Positions 36,601 to 46,754 of a stretch of DNA of 64,000 bases are shown here, piece after piece. The notes under the pieces were generated by a model. The model did not search any database, had not been told where the DNA came from, and saw nothing but the letters and a program-made list of their open reading frames with translations. A program made the position numbers and the translations under genes. Positions within the stretch are counted from its first letter, which is position 1, and the number at the start of each line of letters is the position of its first letter. Origin of the DNA: a virus (Duplodnaviria; Caudoviricetes); IMG/VR virus record IMGVR_UViG_3300021964_009400; one strand, 5' to 3'.

Positions 36601-36642
36601 GCCATTGTAGTCTCAGTTTTTTTTCGTATATTTACTATGTAA
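36601..36642 (+). promoter_or_regulatory. Conserved phage early promoter (copy 4)
   Basis: GCCATTGTAGTCTC; 19 nt to TATATTTA; ctaTGTAA. Confidence 0.8.
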
Positions 36643-36680
36643 ATAAAAATAATATTAATAACTCTTAAAACTTAAAAATT

Positions 36681-37898
36681 ATGAATGAAATTAAAAAAGG
36701 TTATGTTCCAAATGAGGTTTACAAAGTTGAACAATTTGGTAACACTTTTAAATTAATTGACACAGCTGGTGTAAAAGTTGGTACTTTGGGTGCTACAACT
36801 GGTGTTAGGAAAAAGGCTTTCCAACAAGGAAAAGCTGTTCAAGCTTACATTACAAAAAATGGTAAGAAAATGTACAAAAAAGTGGATATGGATGTTTACA
36901 ACGCATTGGTTATTCCTATGAATACAGACCAAGGTGGTGTTCAGTTCGAAGATAAGAATGACCACACTGCTATTAAAGATTTTATCCACAAAGGTTCTGT
37001 TCAACTTAAACCACAAGAGTTGGTTATGGAAGAACTTAAGTGGAAGTATCTAATCAGGTCAGCAGTTAGGGCTAAAAATATAATGATGACTGGTCCAAGT
37101 GGTTGTGGAAAAACTATGGCCTCTAAGGCATTAGTGAAAGCTTTAGATAGACCAGATTTCTACTTTAACCTTGGTGCTACTCAAGACCCGAGAGCTACTT
37201 TAATTGGCAATACTCACTTCGATAAACAAAAAGGTACATTCTTTTCAGAATCAGCTTTTGTTACGGCAATCAAAACTCCAAATGCTGTAATTCTTTTAGA
37301 TGAGTTATCGAGAGCTCATCCAGACGCTTGGAATATCTTAATGACTGTTCTTGACCAAGGACAAAGATACTTGAGATTAGATGAGGCTGAAGGTTCACCA
37401 ATTGTGAATGTGGCTGAAGGTGTTACTTTCATCGCTACTGCTAACATTGGTAATGAATATACTTCAACAAGAGTTATGGATAGAGCAATCTTAGATAGAT
37501 TTGTTACTATCGAAATGGATGTTCTTGATGATGTTAAAGAATTAGGATTACTTAAGTTTATGTTTCCAGAAGTTAACGAAGATGATTTGAAAGCAATCGC
37601 TGAGATATCTCACCACACTAGAACTCAATCAATGAGTGAAAATGGTAAACTAACTTCAATGGTTTCCACTAGAGCATCAGTTGAGATGGCTGGTTTAATC
37701 TACGATGGTTTCGAACTTAACGAGGCTGCTGAGATTTCAATCTACCCATTCTTCTCACAAGATGGTGGTGTTGATTCTGAAAGAACTTACATTAAACAAT
37801 TGGTACAGAAGTATCAAAAAGATGAAAATGGTGAACCTCTATTCAATGATGTAGAGGAAAACCAAAAAGAGAATGAGGATGATATTCCTCAGTTTTAA
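36681..37898 (+). CDS. MoxR/CbbQ/NorQ-like AAA+ ATPase
   Basis: GPSGCGKT (Walker A), ILLDELSRA (Walker B), IATAN, DRAILDRF. Confidence 0.9.
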   Translation: MNEIKKGYVPNEVYKVEQFGNTFKLIDTAGVKVGTLGATTGVRKKAFQQGKAVQAYITKNGKKMYKKVDMDVYNALVIPMNTDQGGVQFEDKNDHTAIKDFIHKGSVQLKPQELVMEELKWKYLIRSAVRAKNIMMTGPSGCGKTMASKALVKALDRPDFYFNLGATQDPRATLIGNTHFDKQKGTFFSESAFVTAIKTPNAVILLDELSRAHPDAWNILMTVLDQGQRYLRLDEAEGSPIVNVAEGVTFIATANIGNEYTSTRVMDRAILDRFVTIEMDVLDDVKELGLLKFMFPEVNEDDLKAIAEISHHTRTQSMSENGKLTSMVSTRASVEMAGLIYDGFELNEAAEISIYPFFSQDGGVDSERTYIKQLVQKYQKDENGEPLFNDVEENQKENEDDIPQF

Positions 37899-37925
37899 GG
37901 TTATCAATTATTTACAATGAAAGAC

Positions 37926-37946
37926 GAGAGGTGGTACTCACCTCTC
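37926..37946 (+). terminator. Hairpin after the AAA gene (possible terminator or processing site)
   Basis: GAGAGGTG-GTACT-CACCTCTC, perfect 8 bp stem; weak U tract. Confidence 0.5.
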
Positions 37947-37981
37947 TGATTTCTAACCTTGAAACAATTAAATATTATAAT

Positions 37982-38191
37982 ATGATAGCATTACTTAAAG
38001 AAGATTGGTTAAAAGACCCAAATTTAAAAAAATGGAATTCAGTAAGATGTACTGAAAAACAGAATTGTACTTGTAATACAGATGACCACCATGTTGAGTT
38101 ATGGGAACAAGATTTTTGTGTTCGTGGAAGAATCGATACCGTAGTTTGTACTAAATGTGATTCAATTAAAACTTTTAGTATAATAAGATGA
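37982..38191 (+). CDS. Small Cys-rich hypothetical protein
   Basis: CTEKQNCTC and CTKC; start moved to ATG 37982 (track start 37931 lies inside the hairpin). Confidence 0.55.
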   Translation: MIALLKEDWLKDPNLKKWNSVRCTEKQNCTCNTDDHHVELWEQDFCVRGRIDTVVCTKCDSIKTFSIIR

Positions 38192-38673
38192 AAGATGTTT
38201 TATTATTAATTTTAGAAGCAGCAATGGTTCATTTTAAAAAAAGTAGTGAACTAAATTCTGATAAAAAATCTAAAGATATTTATGAAAAGTGGTATAACCA
38301 AATTAACATTATGATTAATACAATTAAAAATGGTGGTATAAAATAAAATTATGAAAAAATTTGAATTAATTGATTACTTTATGGTATTTGCAATCATATT
38401 TTTTATGTTTGTAGGTACAATGAGTGTATTCAGTCAAACCTTTCACAGATTTTACAACTATTAGAAGAAGATGCTCCAATGATTGCATCTGAAAGAATCA
38501 AATTCTTAATAACAGATATTGAGAATGGTAAAATGGATGCAGGTAACCTATGAATTATAAACCAGGATACTTAGTTGATAATGCATGGTGGTGTACTGAG
38601 TGTGGTTCATTAAATGCAGCATATCGAGAAACCTGTGGTGGATGTGATAAACCAAATCCAAAACTAAAAAAAG

Positions 38674-38976
38674 ATGAATAAAATAGATGAGCACCAAAGA
38701 GAACTAATTACTGATTTTATCAGATTCTCTCATATGTGGATGAACCAACGAAAAAAACCAAAAATTACTGAAATTCAATTGGATACATGGAAATTTGAAG
38801 GTAGAAAGGGAATCCAAAACTTCAGACGGGTATTGGGTAATATACGAGAAGAAGGTGAGTATGATGATAGAGAACAAAAACAATTTTTGTTGGAAGCAAG
38901 AAATTGGTTTTTAAAAGAGTTTAAAAATCAATGGGGTGATTCTTATACAAACGTTTTTCCAAAAAGATATGAATAA
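38674..38976 (+). CDS. Hypothetical protein (small helical paralog family)
   Basis: NIREEGEYDDREQKQFLLEARNWF resembles 60131, 60478 and 63200. Confidence 0.6.
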   Translation: MNKIDEHQRELITDFIRFSHMWMNQRKKPKITEIQLDTWKFEGRKGIQNFRRVLGNIREEGEYDDREQKQFLLEARNWFLKEFKNQWGDSYTNVFPKRYE

Positions 38977-39130
38977 AAGATTATTAGAAATTTTAGAAAC
39001 TCTCAGAGAAGATTTTGAGATGTTACGAGATGGTTCTTGGGATTTAACTTATTCCGATGGAACTGAAATAGAATCATCATTAGATAATATAGAAGAAGCA
39101 ATAGAAATAGTTACGAATGAGCAAAAATAA
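38969..39130 (+). CDS. Small acidic hypothetical protein
   Basis: In frame with the tracked ORF 38936; coupled start. Confidence 0.5.
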   Translation: MNKRLLEILETLREDFEMLRDGSWDLTYSDGTEIESSLDNIEEAIEIVTNEQK

Positions 39131-39234
39131 AGAAGATTGGTTAGAAGAGTTGGTAAAAAAGTATTCCATACCAACTGATGATAAAACCGAAAAAAGAGGA
39201 ATACTTTCAGAAACACAGATGAAAAATTTAAAAG

Positions 39235-39552
39235 ATGGGAAGAACTAAAGATTTATTTGATGTAGATTTTCAATTTGATTTTGAAATAAATCAAGAAGAT
39301 ATTGATAATGAATTAATGATGCGAAATGATTATGATTATCAATTCAAACAATGGAAAGAATCTGAAGATTATGTTCAATTTGTAAATGCAGAAATAGATA
39401 AAGCTAAACCTTTATACTCTGAATCAGATATTATTGATGCAATTCAATACGCATCATCCCATATTACTATTGAACCAAGTGAAGTTGGTAAAAAGGTGTA
39501 TGATATTTTATTTTCAGAAAAAATTCAAGAATATCTTAGTTTGAAAAAATAA
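39235..39552 (+). CDS. Hypothetical protein
   Basis: ORF track. Confidence 0.6.
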   Translation: MGRTKDLFDVDFQFDFEINQEDIDNELMMRNDYDYQFKQWKESEDYVQFVNAEIDKAKPLYSESDIIDAIQYASSHITIEPSEVGKKVYDILFSEKIQEYLSLKK

Positions 39553-39554
39553 AT

Positions 39555-40058
39555 ATGAATTATAAAGATTACATAAATGATATACCAAATTTTCCCATTG
39601 ATGGTATATTATACAGAGATATACAACCACTACTCGCTGATTCAACTGTATTTATGGATGTAGTAAAAGATATGGGTAGATTGGTTGATTACAGAAATGT
39701 AAAATATTGGGTTGGTGTAGAATCACGAGGATTCTTATTTGCATCAGCACTTGCACTTGTATATGGTGGTGGGGTTAGAATCGTAAGAAAAAAAGGAAAA
39801 TTACCAAACAGACAACTGGTATCAGTAAAGTATGGTTTAGAATATGGAAAGGACGAATTAGAAATGGCAAGTATTCCACAACACGATTTAGGAAGTTGCG
39901 TAATTGTAGATGATGTACTTGCAACTGGTGGTACTATTAAAGCAGCAGAAGATTTGTGTAAAATGGTAGGATTAGATGTAATTGATAAAATTTGTTTTAT
40001 GGATATTGGATTGTACGATGGATATGATGTAAAAAGTATAGTACAATATGTGGACTGA
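39555..40058 (+). CDS. apt: Adenine phosphoribosyltransferase
   Basis: PNFPIDGILYRDI, GVESRGF, RKKGKLP, VIVDDVLATGGT. Confidence 0.9.
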   Translation: MNYKDYINDIPNFPIDGILYRDIQPLLADSTVFMDVVKDMGRLVDYRNVKYWVGVESRGFLFASALALVYGGGVRIVRKKGKLPNRQLVSVKYGLEYGKDELEMASIPQHDLGSCVIVDDVLATGGTIKAAEDLCKMVGLDVIDKICFMDIGLYDGYDVKSIVQYVD

Positions 40059-40644
40059 TGATAGTTTATTAAGAACGAGTGATGATAAGATAATTTTAGT
40101 ATCAGCAACCCCACTAGAACATGGTGGTTTAGATAAACTAAATAATTATCAAATATTTCAGACAGGTATTGGAAAAATAAATTCTGCAATGAATTTAACA
40201 AAATTAATTCAAGAAAAAAAACCAAAAATAGTTATTAACTTTGGTTCTTGTGGAAATCTAAAAGATTACAAAGTTGGTGAGGTAATAGAAGTTGGAACAG
40301 TTTACAATAATATAGATGTAAGACCATTTGCAGAATATGGATGTACACCTGAGAGTGATAGTTGTGAAATAAAATTATCTGAAAGTGGAATAAAATGTTT
40401 TACAACAGACCAAATTTATGATAATACACGAAGTGATTATGCAGAAAAATATTTAGAAATGATTAACAAATGTGATATCGTAGATATGGAATGTTATTCA
40501 CTTGCATATGTTTGTAAAGAATTTGGAGTGGATTACAAATCTTTTAAATGGGTTAGTGATGATGGTAACATAGATACATGGGAAGAAAATGCAGCAATAG
40601 GATTTGAAAACTTCAAAAAAATATTAAAAGAATTACAATTTTAA
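40048..40644 (+). CDS. mtnN: MTA/SAH nucleosidase (PNP/UDP family)
   Basis: TGIGKINSAM, VINFGSCG, VDMEC, KWVSD. Confidence 0.8.
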   Translation: MWTDDSLLRTSDDKIILVSATPLEHGGLDKLNNYQIFQTGIGKINSAMNLTKLIQEKKPKIVINFGSCGNLKDYKVGEVIEVGTVYNNIDVRPFAEYGCTPESDSCEIKLSESGIKCFTTDQIYDNTRSDYAEKYLEMINKCDIVDMECYSLAYVCKEFGVDYKSFKWVSDDGNIDTWEENAAIGFENFKKILKELQF

Positions 40645-40645
40645 A

Positions 40646-41374
40646 ATGGATATAGCAGTTTTAGTAGATATAATAAAAGAAACAAAATCAAATTGGAGAT
40701 TTATATTTGAATCGCCTCTTTATGATAATATAAATTTTATACCAGGTCAACTTGTACAATTAGTAGCTAAACCATATGCTCCAAGTGAAGGTGGAAATGC
40801 AATACAAAGAAATTATTCAGTTGCAAGTTATCCTGATAATTCAAATAAGTTTGAATTAATTGTAACTTATTTATCAGGTGGTCAAATGAGTGAATACCTT
40901 TTTAAGGAATGTAAAATAGGAGATGAATTTGGATACAAAGGACCAATGGGAGTATTTACTTTACCAGATAATCTAATAGATAGAGATATCTATTTTGTAT
41001 CAACTGGTTCTGGTATCTCACCATTTCGTTCAATGATAAATTATCTTCATCAAAAGAAAATTCCATTTAAAAATATAAAATTATTCTTTGGTACTCGAAC
41101 CGAAGGTGATTTACTTTATAGAAAAGAATTAGAAAAGATACAAAAGGAATTACCAAACTTTGAATATGTACCTGTATTATCAAGAGAAGATAAGCCAGGA
41201 TTTAAAAATGGATATGTACATGAACATTATCTAAATTTGATTGATTGGAGTGTTGATACAAAGCCTTGGGTATATTATTGTGGTTGGGATAGAATGATAA
41301 CAGAAGGTAGACAGCATCTTGATGAGAGAGGATTTGAAATGTTTAAAGATATTCGTGTAGAAATATTTGGATAA
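40646..41374 (+). CDS. FAD/NAD(P)-binding oxidoreductase (ferredoxin-NADP reductase-like)
   Basis: RNYSVAS, GGQMSEYL, STGSGISPF, YYCG. Confidence 0.85.
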   Translation: MDIAVLVDIIKETKSNWRFIFESPLYDNINFIPGQLVQLVAKPYAPSEGGNAIQRNYSVASYPDNSNKFELIVTYLSGGQMSEYLFKECKIGDEFGYKGPMGVFTLPDNLIDRDIYFVSTGSGISPFRSMINYLHQKKIPFKNIKLFFGTRTEGDLLYRKELEKIQKELPNFEYVPVLSREDKPGFKNGYVHEHYLNLIDWSVDTKPWVYYCGWDRMITEGRQHLDERGFEMFKDIRVEIFG

Positions 41375-41397
41375 TTCAAATATTTTTCGTATATTTG
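41366..41397 (+). promoter_or_regulatory. Bacteroidota sigma-A type promoter
   Basis: TTTG-N20-TATATTTG followed by the AACACTTAAAACTTAAACTATG leader. Confidence 0.75.
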
Positions 41398-41419
41398 TAA
41401 AACACTTAAAACTTAAACT

Positions 41420-41908
41420 ATGGCACGATATAACCCATTTCGGTGGTACACAGAAGGAAAGTACCGAAAAAGACCACTTAAAAAATCAGCACCACTTTTG
41501 TTGAAAATACAAAATGGTGATTTTGAATATTCACCTTTCTTTTTAGAATCAAAAGATAATCAGAAATTGTATGATAAAATGTTTAATGAATATATTACAA
41601 ATTCTCATTCAAAAAATAAAAATGATTTAGAAATAGAAGCTCATCAATATGCAAAAATGAAAAAAATTAAAGCTGAAAAGCTAATGGAAAAGGGAATTGA
41701 AGAGGAGCAAAGTAGATTACATGAATTAAAAACTGAATTAGAATTAGAATTTGGTATAGATTTATGGGAAAAGTGTTTAGAAAAAATGAAAGGAAAGGGA
41801 AGTACTGAAGATATGTACTGGTGGTATAAAAAACAATGTAAAATAGGACTAACCCCATCAGAAATGGCTATACAGTTGGGTAGAAAAACTACAAAAGGGT
41901 TAAGATAA
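41420..41908 (+). CDS. Hypothetical protein
   Basis: ORF track; has its own promoter and leader. Confidence 0.7.
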   Translation: MARYNPFRWYTEGKYRKRPLKKSAPLLLKIQNGDFEYSPFFLESKDNQKLYDKMFNEYITNSHSKNKNDLEIEAHQYAKMKKIKAEKLMEKGIEEEQSRLHELKTELELEFGIDLWEKCLEKMKGKGSTEDMYWWYKKQCKIGLTPSEMAIQLGRKTTKGLR

Positions 41909-42086
41909 ATATTTATTATTATGGAAGATACTTTATTAAAAAAAACAATTAAAGTTATAGATTCTTGTAAAAATGATATACATTTTGATGGAGCAATTAG
42001 ATATGTAAATAATTTTAAAAAATTTGGTAGTAAAAAACAATATGAGTTTATATTAAATCATTTACATAAAACATTAAACAATTATT

Positions 42087-42362
42087 ATGGAAATTAAAAG
42101 TAACAGATATGGCCACGAGCGTGTCTATGAAAAAATAAGTTCAGATAAAATTAGAATAACAGGCGAAACCATTTTTTCAAGAACGAATGAAGATGATTTT
42201 GGTAATATTAAAATGTTTGATTTTGAAGGTGGACCTTGTGTAACAGTAGGAGGAACTCTTAACTGCTTAAAGGGAAAATGGATTGTTAAAAAAATAAGTA
42301 TTGATACAAGTTCAAAAATAGAAAATCTTGCTGCAATTGTATGTGAAGTTAGTATAAAATAA
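42087..42362 (+). CDS. Hypothetical protein
   Basis: ORF track; SNRYG...DFEGGP. Confidence 0.6.
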   Translation: MEIKSNRYGHERVYEKISSDKIRITGETIFSRTNEDDFGNIKMFDFEGGPCVTVGGTLNCLKGKWIVKKISIDTSSKIENLAAIVCEVSIK

Positions 42363-42697
42363 TGTGGAAAAAACCAAAATATAAAGTTAAACATATTTAC
42401 ATAGGAGAGGCTGATGTTCAAGAATGGACACAAGGTGTTGGAAAATTAACTTTAATGCCGTTAATGTTTAAAGGAATAAAAACATTAATTGAAAACGATT
42501 TAAAAAAGTATCAATTTGCAAGAGTTGAATGTGTTATACGAGAAAAACAGAAAGCATTTGATTTTTGGATACATAAAAAGAATATAGAAGATTCTCTTCA
42601 GAAATGTTTAGAATGGGCAATCGAAGAAGAGAAATATGAAATATGTTCTGAAATAAAAAAATTAGAAGAACAATTAGATAAAAAAAACGAGTTTTGA
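42362..42697 (+). CDS. Hypothetical protein with C-terminal UvrB/C (UVR)-like motif
   Basis: LEWAIEEEKYEICSEIKKLEEQL. Confidence 0.55.
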   Translation: MWKKPKYKVKHIYIGEADVQEWTQGVGKLTLMPLMFKGIKTLIENDLKKYQFARVECVIREKQKAFDFWIHKKNIEDSLQKCLEWAIEEEKYEICSEIKKLEEQLDKKNEF

Positions 42698-43437
42698 AAA
42701 TATTAGTTATAGGAGATAGTTGTACTGATGTATTTGTTTATGGTAATTGTAAAAGATTATGTCCTGAAGCACCCATACCAGTATTTAATCCATCAAAAAC
42801 CATTACCAACCAAGGTATGGCAGGAAATGTTGTTGATAACCTCATAGCATTAGGAGTTAGAAAAACTGAACTAATCACCAACAACGAACAAATCATAAAA
42901 ACAAGATATGTAGAAACCAAATCAAACCAAATGTTACTCAGAGTAGATGGTAATGATAAGGTATCTAATTCATTTGATTATCGTAAAGTTGATTTTGATT
43001 CATATGATGCAGTAATTGTTGCAGATTATGATAAAGGATATTTAACATACGAAGATATTAAGAAGATTGGACAGAAATCTAAACTATCTTTTATTGATAC
43101 AAAAAAGACAATAGGTAGTGGAGATTATTTCAAAGATTATACATTTGTAAAAATGAATGAAGTTGAGTGGGAAAATTGTGTTGAAAAAGGTGCAGTTTAT
43201 TCCGATTGGAAAGATTCATTGATTGTAACTATGTCTGAAAGAGGATGTATGTACAATGAAAAAAGATATCCAGTCGATACTTCGATTGAGGTTAGAGATT
43301 TGAGTGGAGCAGGTGATACTTGGATGGCATCATTCGTAATGAAATATGTAGAAACTAAAAATATTGATGAATCAATTGAACTAGCTAATAAAAATGCAAC
43401 AATAGTAGTACAAAAACGAGGAGTTACAACAATATGA
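42694..43437 (+). CDS. HldE/RfaE kinase domain (PfkB family, heptose-7-phosphate kinase-like), stand-alone
   Basis: LVIGDSCTDVFVYG, RLCPEAPIPV, GMAGNV, DYDKG, DLSGAGDT. Confidence 0.85.
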   Translation: MKILVIGDSCTDVFVYGNCKRLCPEAPIPVFNPSKTITNQGMAGNVVDNLIALGVRKTELITNNEQIIKTRYVETKSNQMLLRVDGNDKVSNSFDYRKVDFDSYDAVIVADYDKGYLTYEDIKKIGQKSKLSFIDTKKTIGSGDYFKDYTFVKMNEVEWENCVEKGAVYSDWKDSLIVTMSERGCMYNEKRYPVDTSIEVRDLSGAGDTWMASFVMKYVETKNIDESIELANKNATIVVQKRGVTTI

Positions 43438-43844
43438 GAAAATACTTACCAACATTAGGAGAACTAATAGATAGGTTAACTATCGTTCAGTTAAAAGAAG
43501 TTAAAATTCCACAACACAAAGAGGAATACCAACAAGAAATAAAAGATATTGTACACGATATAAATGAAATATTGTTAGATGAAAAACTTTCGAACAATAT
43601 AGTTGATGGTGATATGATTAGAGCAATAATAGTATTGGCTCAAATGAATACTCATATTTGGGTAAATGAAGATAATGCCAGAAATGGTGATGAGAGAGGT
43701 AATAAATTACTTCTGACACATGGATTAAATGGAATCAGAAACACAGCTAAAAATAAAATTCAAGAAAAAGTTGGTGGAAGAAAAGATTACAAAATAGATT
43801 GTATAGCATCAGAATTTAAAGATTGGGAAATATCATGGGAATAA
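43434..43844 (+). CDS. Hypothetical protein
   Basis: TLGELIDRLTIVQLKE; ORF track. Confidence 0.6.
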   Translation: MRKYLPTLGELIDRLTIVQLKEVKIPQHKEEYQQEIKDIVHDINEILLDEKLSNNIVDGDMIRAIIVLAQMNTHIWVNEDNARNGDERGNKLLLTHGLNGIRNTAKNKIQEKVGGRKDYKIDCIASEFKDWEISWE

Positions 43845-44128
43845 AAGAATATTATAAGATGTATCTTTCATTACATCAAAATAAAAATTGTATTAGATTA
43901 CATTTCATTGGACAGTGGGTAACTTTAATCAGTACCTTCTTAATTTTTTATCATTGGTTATGGTATCTTATACCAATTATACCATTTATCATTTATCCAT
44001 TTGCTTGGAGTGGTCATTATCTTTTTGAAAAGAATGAACCAGCTGCATTTAAAGACCCCATCAAAGCTAAGATATCAGATTGGATAATGTTTTGGGATAT
44101 AATGAGGGGTAAAATAAAAATATTTTAA
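43823..44128 (+). CDS. DUF962/Mpo1-like membrane protein
   Basis: YLSLHQNK...LHFIG, FAWSGHYLFEKNEPAAF. Confidence 0.8.
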   Translation: MGNIMGIKEYYKMYLSLHQNKNCIRLHFIGQWVTLISTFLIFYHWLWYLIPIIPFIIYPFAWSGHYLFEKNEPAAFKDPIKAKISDWIMFWDIMRGKIKIF

Positions 44129-45067
44129 ATGAAAAAACCTAAATGCCTTGTAGTAGTAGGATGTAGTTTAACTTTTGGACAAGGAGTTGAATATCATGAA
44201 ACTTGGGGTAGTTTATTAGCAGAAGAACTTGGGTTGGATTTCATAAATCTTGGTTGTGGTGGAACTGGTTGGTATTATGTTGAAGAAGTAGTAAAAACCT
44301 TTGTTTTAGAAAACCAAGAAAATATAAATGATTATTTATTCGTTATACAAAAATCAGAGTTTAATAGGAGACCAAGTTACGAGGAGATTGCGTTTATACC
44401 AGTTGAAAATGAAAACCTTAAAAAATATAATATAAATCTAATACCTCATGCTGCATATAATTTTATAGGATTGAGAGAAGGTCTTAGAAGTTGTGAACCT
44501 ATTAGAAATATTGACCAATATAGTTGGGCTGATGTATTTAATTTACCTAATCATAGGGTAAATCCTCATCATAGAAATCCATGGTGGGTTGATATAGATA
44601 ATAAAGGAGAATCAGCACCACATCCAAATACAGATGTTCAAGTGGAATCGTTACTTACACATTGGGGTTATTCTATATTTGGATTACATAAATTTTTAAA
44701 AGAATTCAATGTCAATCATATTCTTGTAGATGGATATTTTCCTCTTTTATCATGTAAATTAAATTTTAAAAAATATAATTGTTTTAGTGAAGATGAGTTT
44801 CAATTAACAAAAGATTTTTGGAGTTGTAAACCAATGAAAAATGATGAAGATGAAATATTACTTATTAAACATGATAATCCAAAATTGATAAGTATAATAG
44901 ATAAAATTGATAAAAAAAATAAAATAGATGATGTAGTTCTTTGGAGTACATTCTTTTGGAAAGATAATAAAAGTTGGAATATAGATGGTGGACATCCAGG
45001 TCCGAAAGGACATAAATTAATAAAAGAAATTATTTTAGAAAATATCAAACAAAAAGAATTGATATGA
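44129..45067 (+). CDS. SGNH/GDSL-like protein
   Basis: VVGCSLTFG, INLGCGG, DGGHPG. Confidence 0.65.
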   Translation: MKKPKCLVVVGCSLTFGQGVEYHETWGSLLAEELGLDFINLGCGGTGWYYVEEVVKTFVLENQENINDYLFVIQKSEFNRRPSYEEIAFIPVENENLKKYNINLIPHAAYNFIGLREGLRSCEPIRNIDQYSWADVFNLPNHRVNPHHRNPWWVDIDNKGESAPHPNTDVQVESLLTHWGYSIFGLHKFLKEFNVNHILVDGYFPLLSCKLNFKKYNCFSEDEFQLTKDFWSCKPMKNDEDEILLIKHDNPKLISIIDKIDKKNKIDDVVLWSTFFWKDNKSWNIDGGHPGPKGHKLIKEIILENIKQKELI

Positions 45068-45978
45068 AATACATTATAAACACAGGTTGTAGTTACGGTG
45101 TTATGTTTCGTTCAATGAAAAAATTTACAAAAGGAAACGATTCAGAATTTGAGGTTATTGATTTACATTGTGATTCATTTGGTGCAGAATATCAAAAAAG
45201 AAGTGTTATTTATACTGTTTCTAAATTACTAAAAAAAGGGATAACTCCAAATAATATTTTTACTATTATAGAATGGTCTCAACCAAATAGATTATTTACA
45301 GAAATACCAAATGAGTTGTGTAAAGATATTTTAAATGACCATACCGAAGGTACATTTATTTTAGATAATCATTTTAATTTAAAAGAAGAAAGTGATGAGT
45401 TTATCAGAAAATGGAAATCTCTAAATGTAATTTTTGGAAATAAAGTTTACACAAATTCAGATGTTGATGATTTTACTTATTATGAAAACAAAGATATTGA
45501 ATGGTATTTAAGTGAATATAAAAAGAATTGTCATATTTCACACAAACCAATTGATAGATACGAACATTATTTACAAACAATAGTAGATACTCAGAGTTTT
45601 TTATCAACAAGAAATATTGAACATATTTCATTTTTAATGAACGATACATTTACAAATTTAAAAAATATTTCAGATTATTTAAATTCACTTTGGAACGAAG
45701 TTGATTTTTCAAAGTTTGTATTCTATAATGGATTTGGCGGTATTGATGAATATGCAATGGAAAAATATGGTAATATTGCGTATTTAAGTGGAGCAAATGA
45801 ATGGGATATACCAGAAGATGGAATGGTTATGTCTTTTGGGGCTCATCCACACGATTCTGTATATATAGATTTCTTTGAAGAGTATATTTATCCTAAAGGG
45901 CAAAAGTATTTTGGAAAACTATCCTTTGATTACAAAAATAGATGGTTAAAATCAAAACATAATGCAATTAGATTATGA
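45064..45978 (+). CDS. SGNH/GDSL-like protein
   Basis: NTGCSY, IIEWSQPNR, GAHPH. Confidence 0.6.
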   Translation: MKYIINTGCSYGVMFRSMKKFTKGNDSEFEVIDLHCDSFGAEYQKRSVIYTVSKLLKKGITPNNIFTIIEWSQPNRLFTEIPNELCKDILNDHTEGTFILDNHFNLKEESDEFIRKWKSLNVIFGNKVYTNSDVDDFTYYENKDIEWYLSEYKKNCHISHKPIDRYEHYLQTIVDTQSFLSTRNIEHISFLMNDTFTNLKNISDYLNSLWNEVDFSKFVFYNGFGGIDEYAMEKYGNIAYLSGANEWDIPEDGMVMSFGAHPHDSVYIDFFEEYIYPKGQKYFGKLSFDYKNRWLKSKHNAIRL

Positions 45979-46754
45979 TAAATAAAAAACACGAATGGTT
46001 AGATAGTAAAAATGAGTGGGGTTTTGGAAGAGTTAAGATTGATAATTTTCTTGATGATAAAACAGTTCACCAATTATATGAAGAATGTAAAAACGCTCCA
46101 AAAGGTGGTTGGACAGTATTTACTCGTGCTGGTTCAAGAATGGAGGAATTCAACGATTTAATTTCACTACCAACTGCACATAGGGTAACTTATGATATAA
46201 TGCATAGTGGTGAGTTTCTGTATGAATTAGAACAAATGACAGGTATTATAGGATTATTACCAGACCCACATTTAGTTGGAGCAGGCTACTCGATAATTAG
46301 AAATGGAAAAGATTTAGGTTGTCATTACGATTTCAATTGGAATGATAGAATCAGATTACATAGAAAACTAACTACACTACTTTATATTACACCAGATTGG
46401 AAAGATGAATGGGGAGGACATATTCAGTATTACGATGATAATATTGATATTAATCCTAATTCAAATCTTATAGAATCTGTTTCACCAAAATTTAATAGAT
46501 TAGTAATTAATGAAAATGTAAAACAAGGACCACATCATAGAGTGAGTGAAGTAAATTCACCTGAAGATAAACCAAGATGTGCAATCAGATTCTTTTATTA
46601 TATTTCTACATCAGAATATGATAAAGATAATCCACCACATAGAAGTACTTACAAATCAAATGAATATTCACACCACAAATTACATGAAGAGGAAAATTGG
46701 AATGGACATTTTGTAGGACAAGGCGGAGAAGATTATGGATATAAATCTAAGTAA
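45975..46754 (+). CDS. 2OG-Fe(II) oxygenase
   Basis: LGCHYD, LLYITPDW, WGG, HHRVSEV, R. Confidence 0.8.
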   Translation: MINKKHEWLDSKNEWGFGRVKIDNFLDDKTVHQLYEECKNAPKGGWTVFTRAGSRMEEFNDLISLPTAHRVTYDIMHSGEFLYELEQMTGIIGLLPDPHLVGAGYSIIRNGKDLGCHYDFNWNDRIRLHRKLTTLLYITPDWKDEWGGHIQYYDDNIDINPNSNLIESVSPKFNRLVINENVKQGPHHRVSEVNSPEDKPRCAIRFFYYISTSEYDKDNPPHRSTYKSNEYSHHKLHEEENWNGHFVGQGGEDYGYKSK

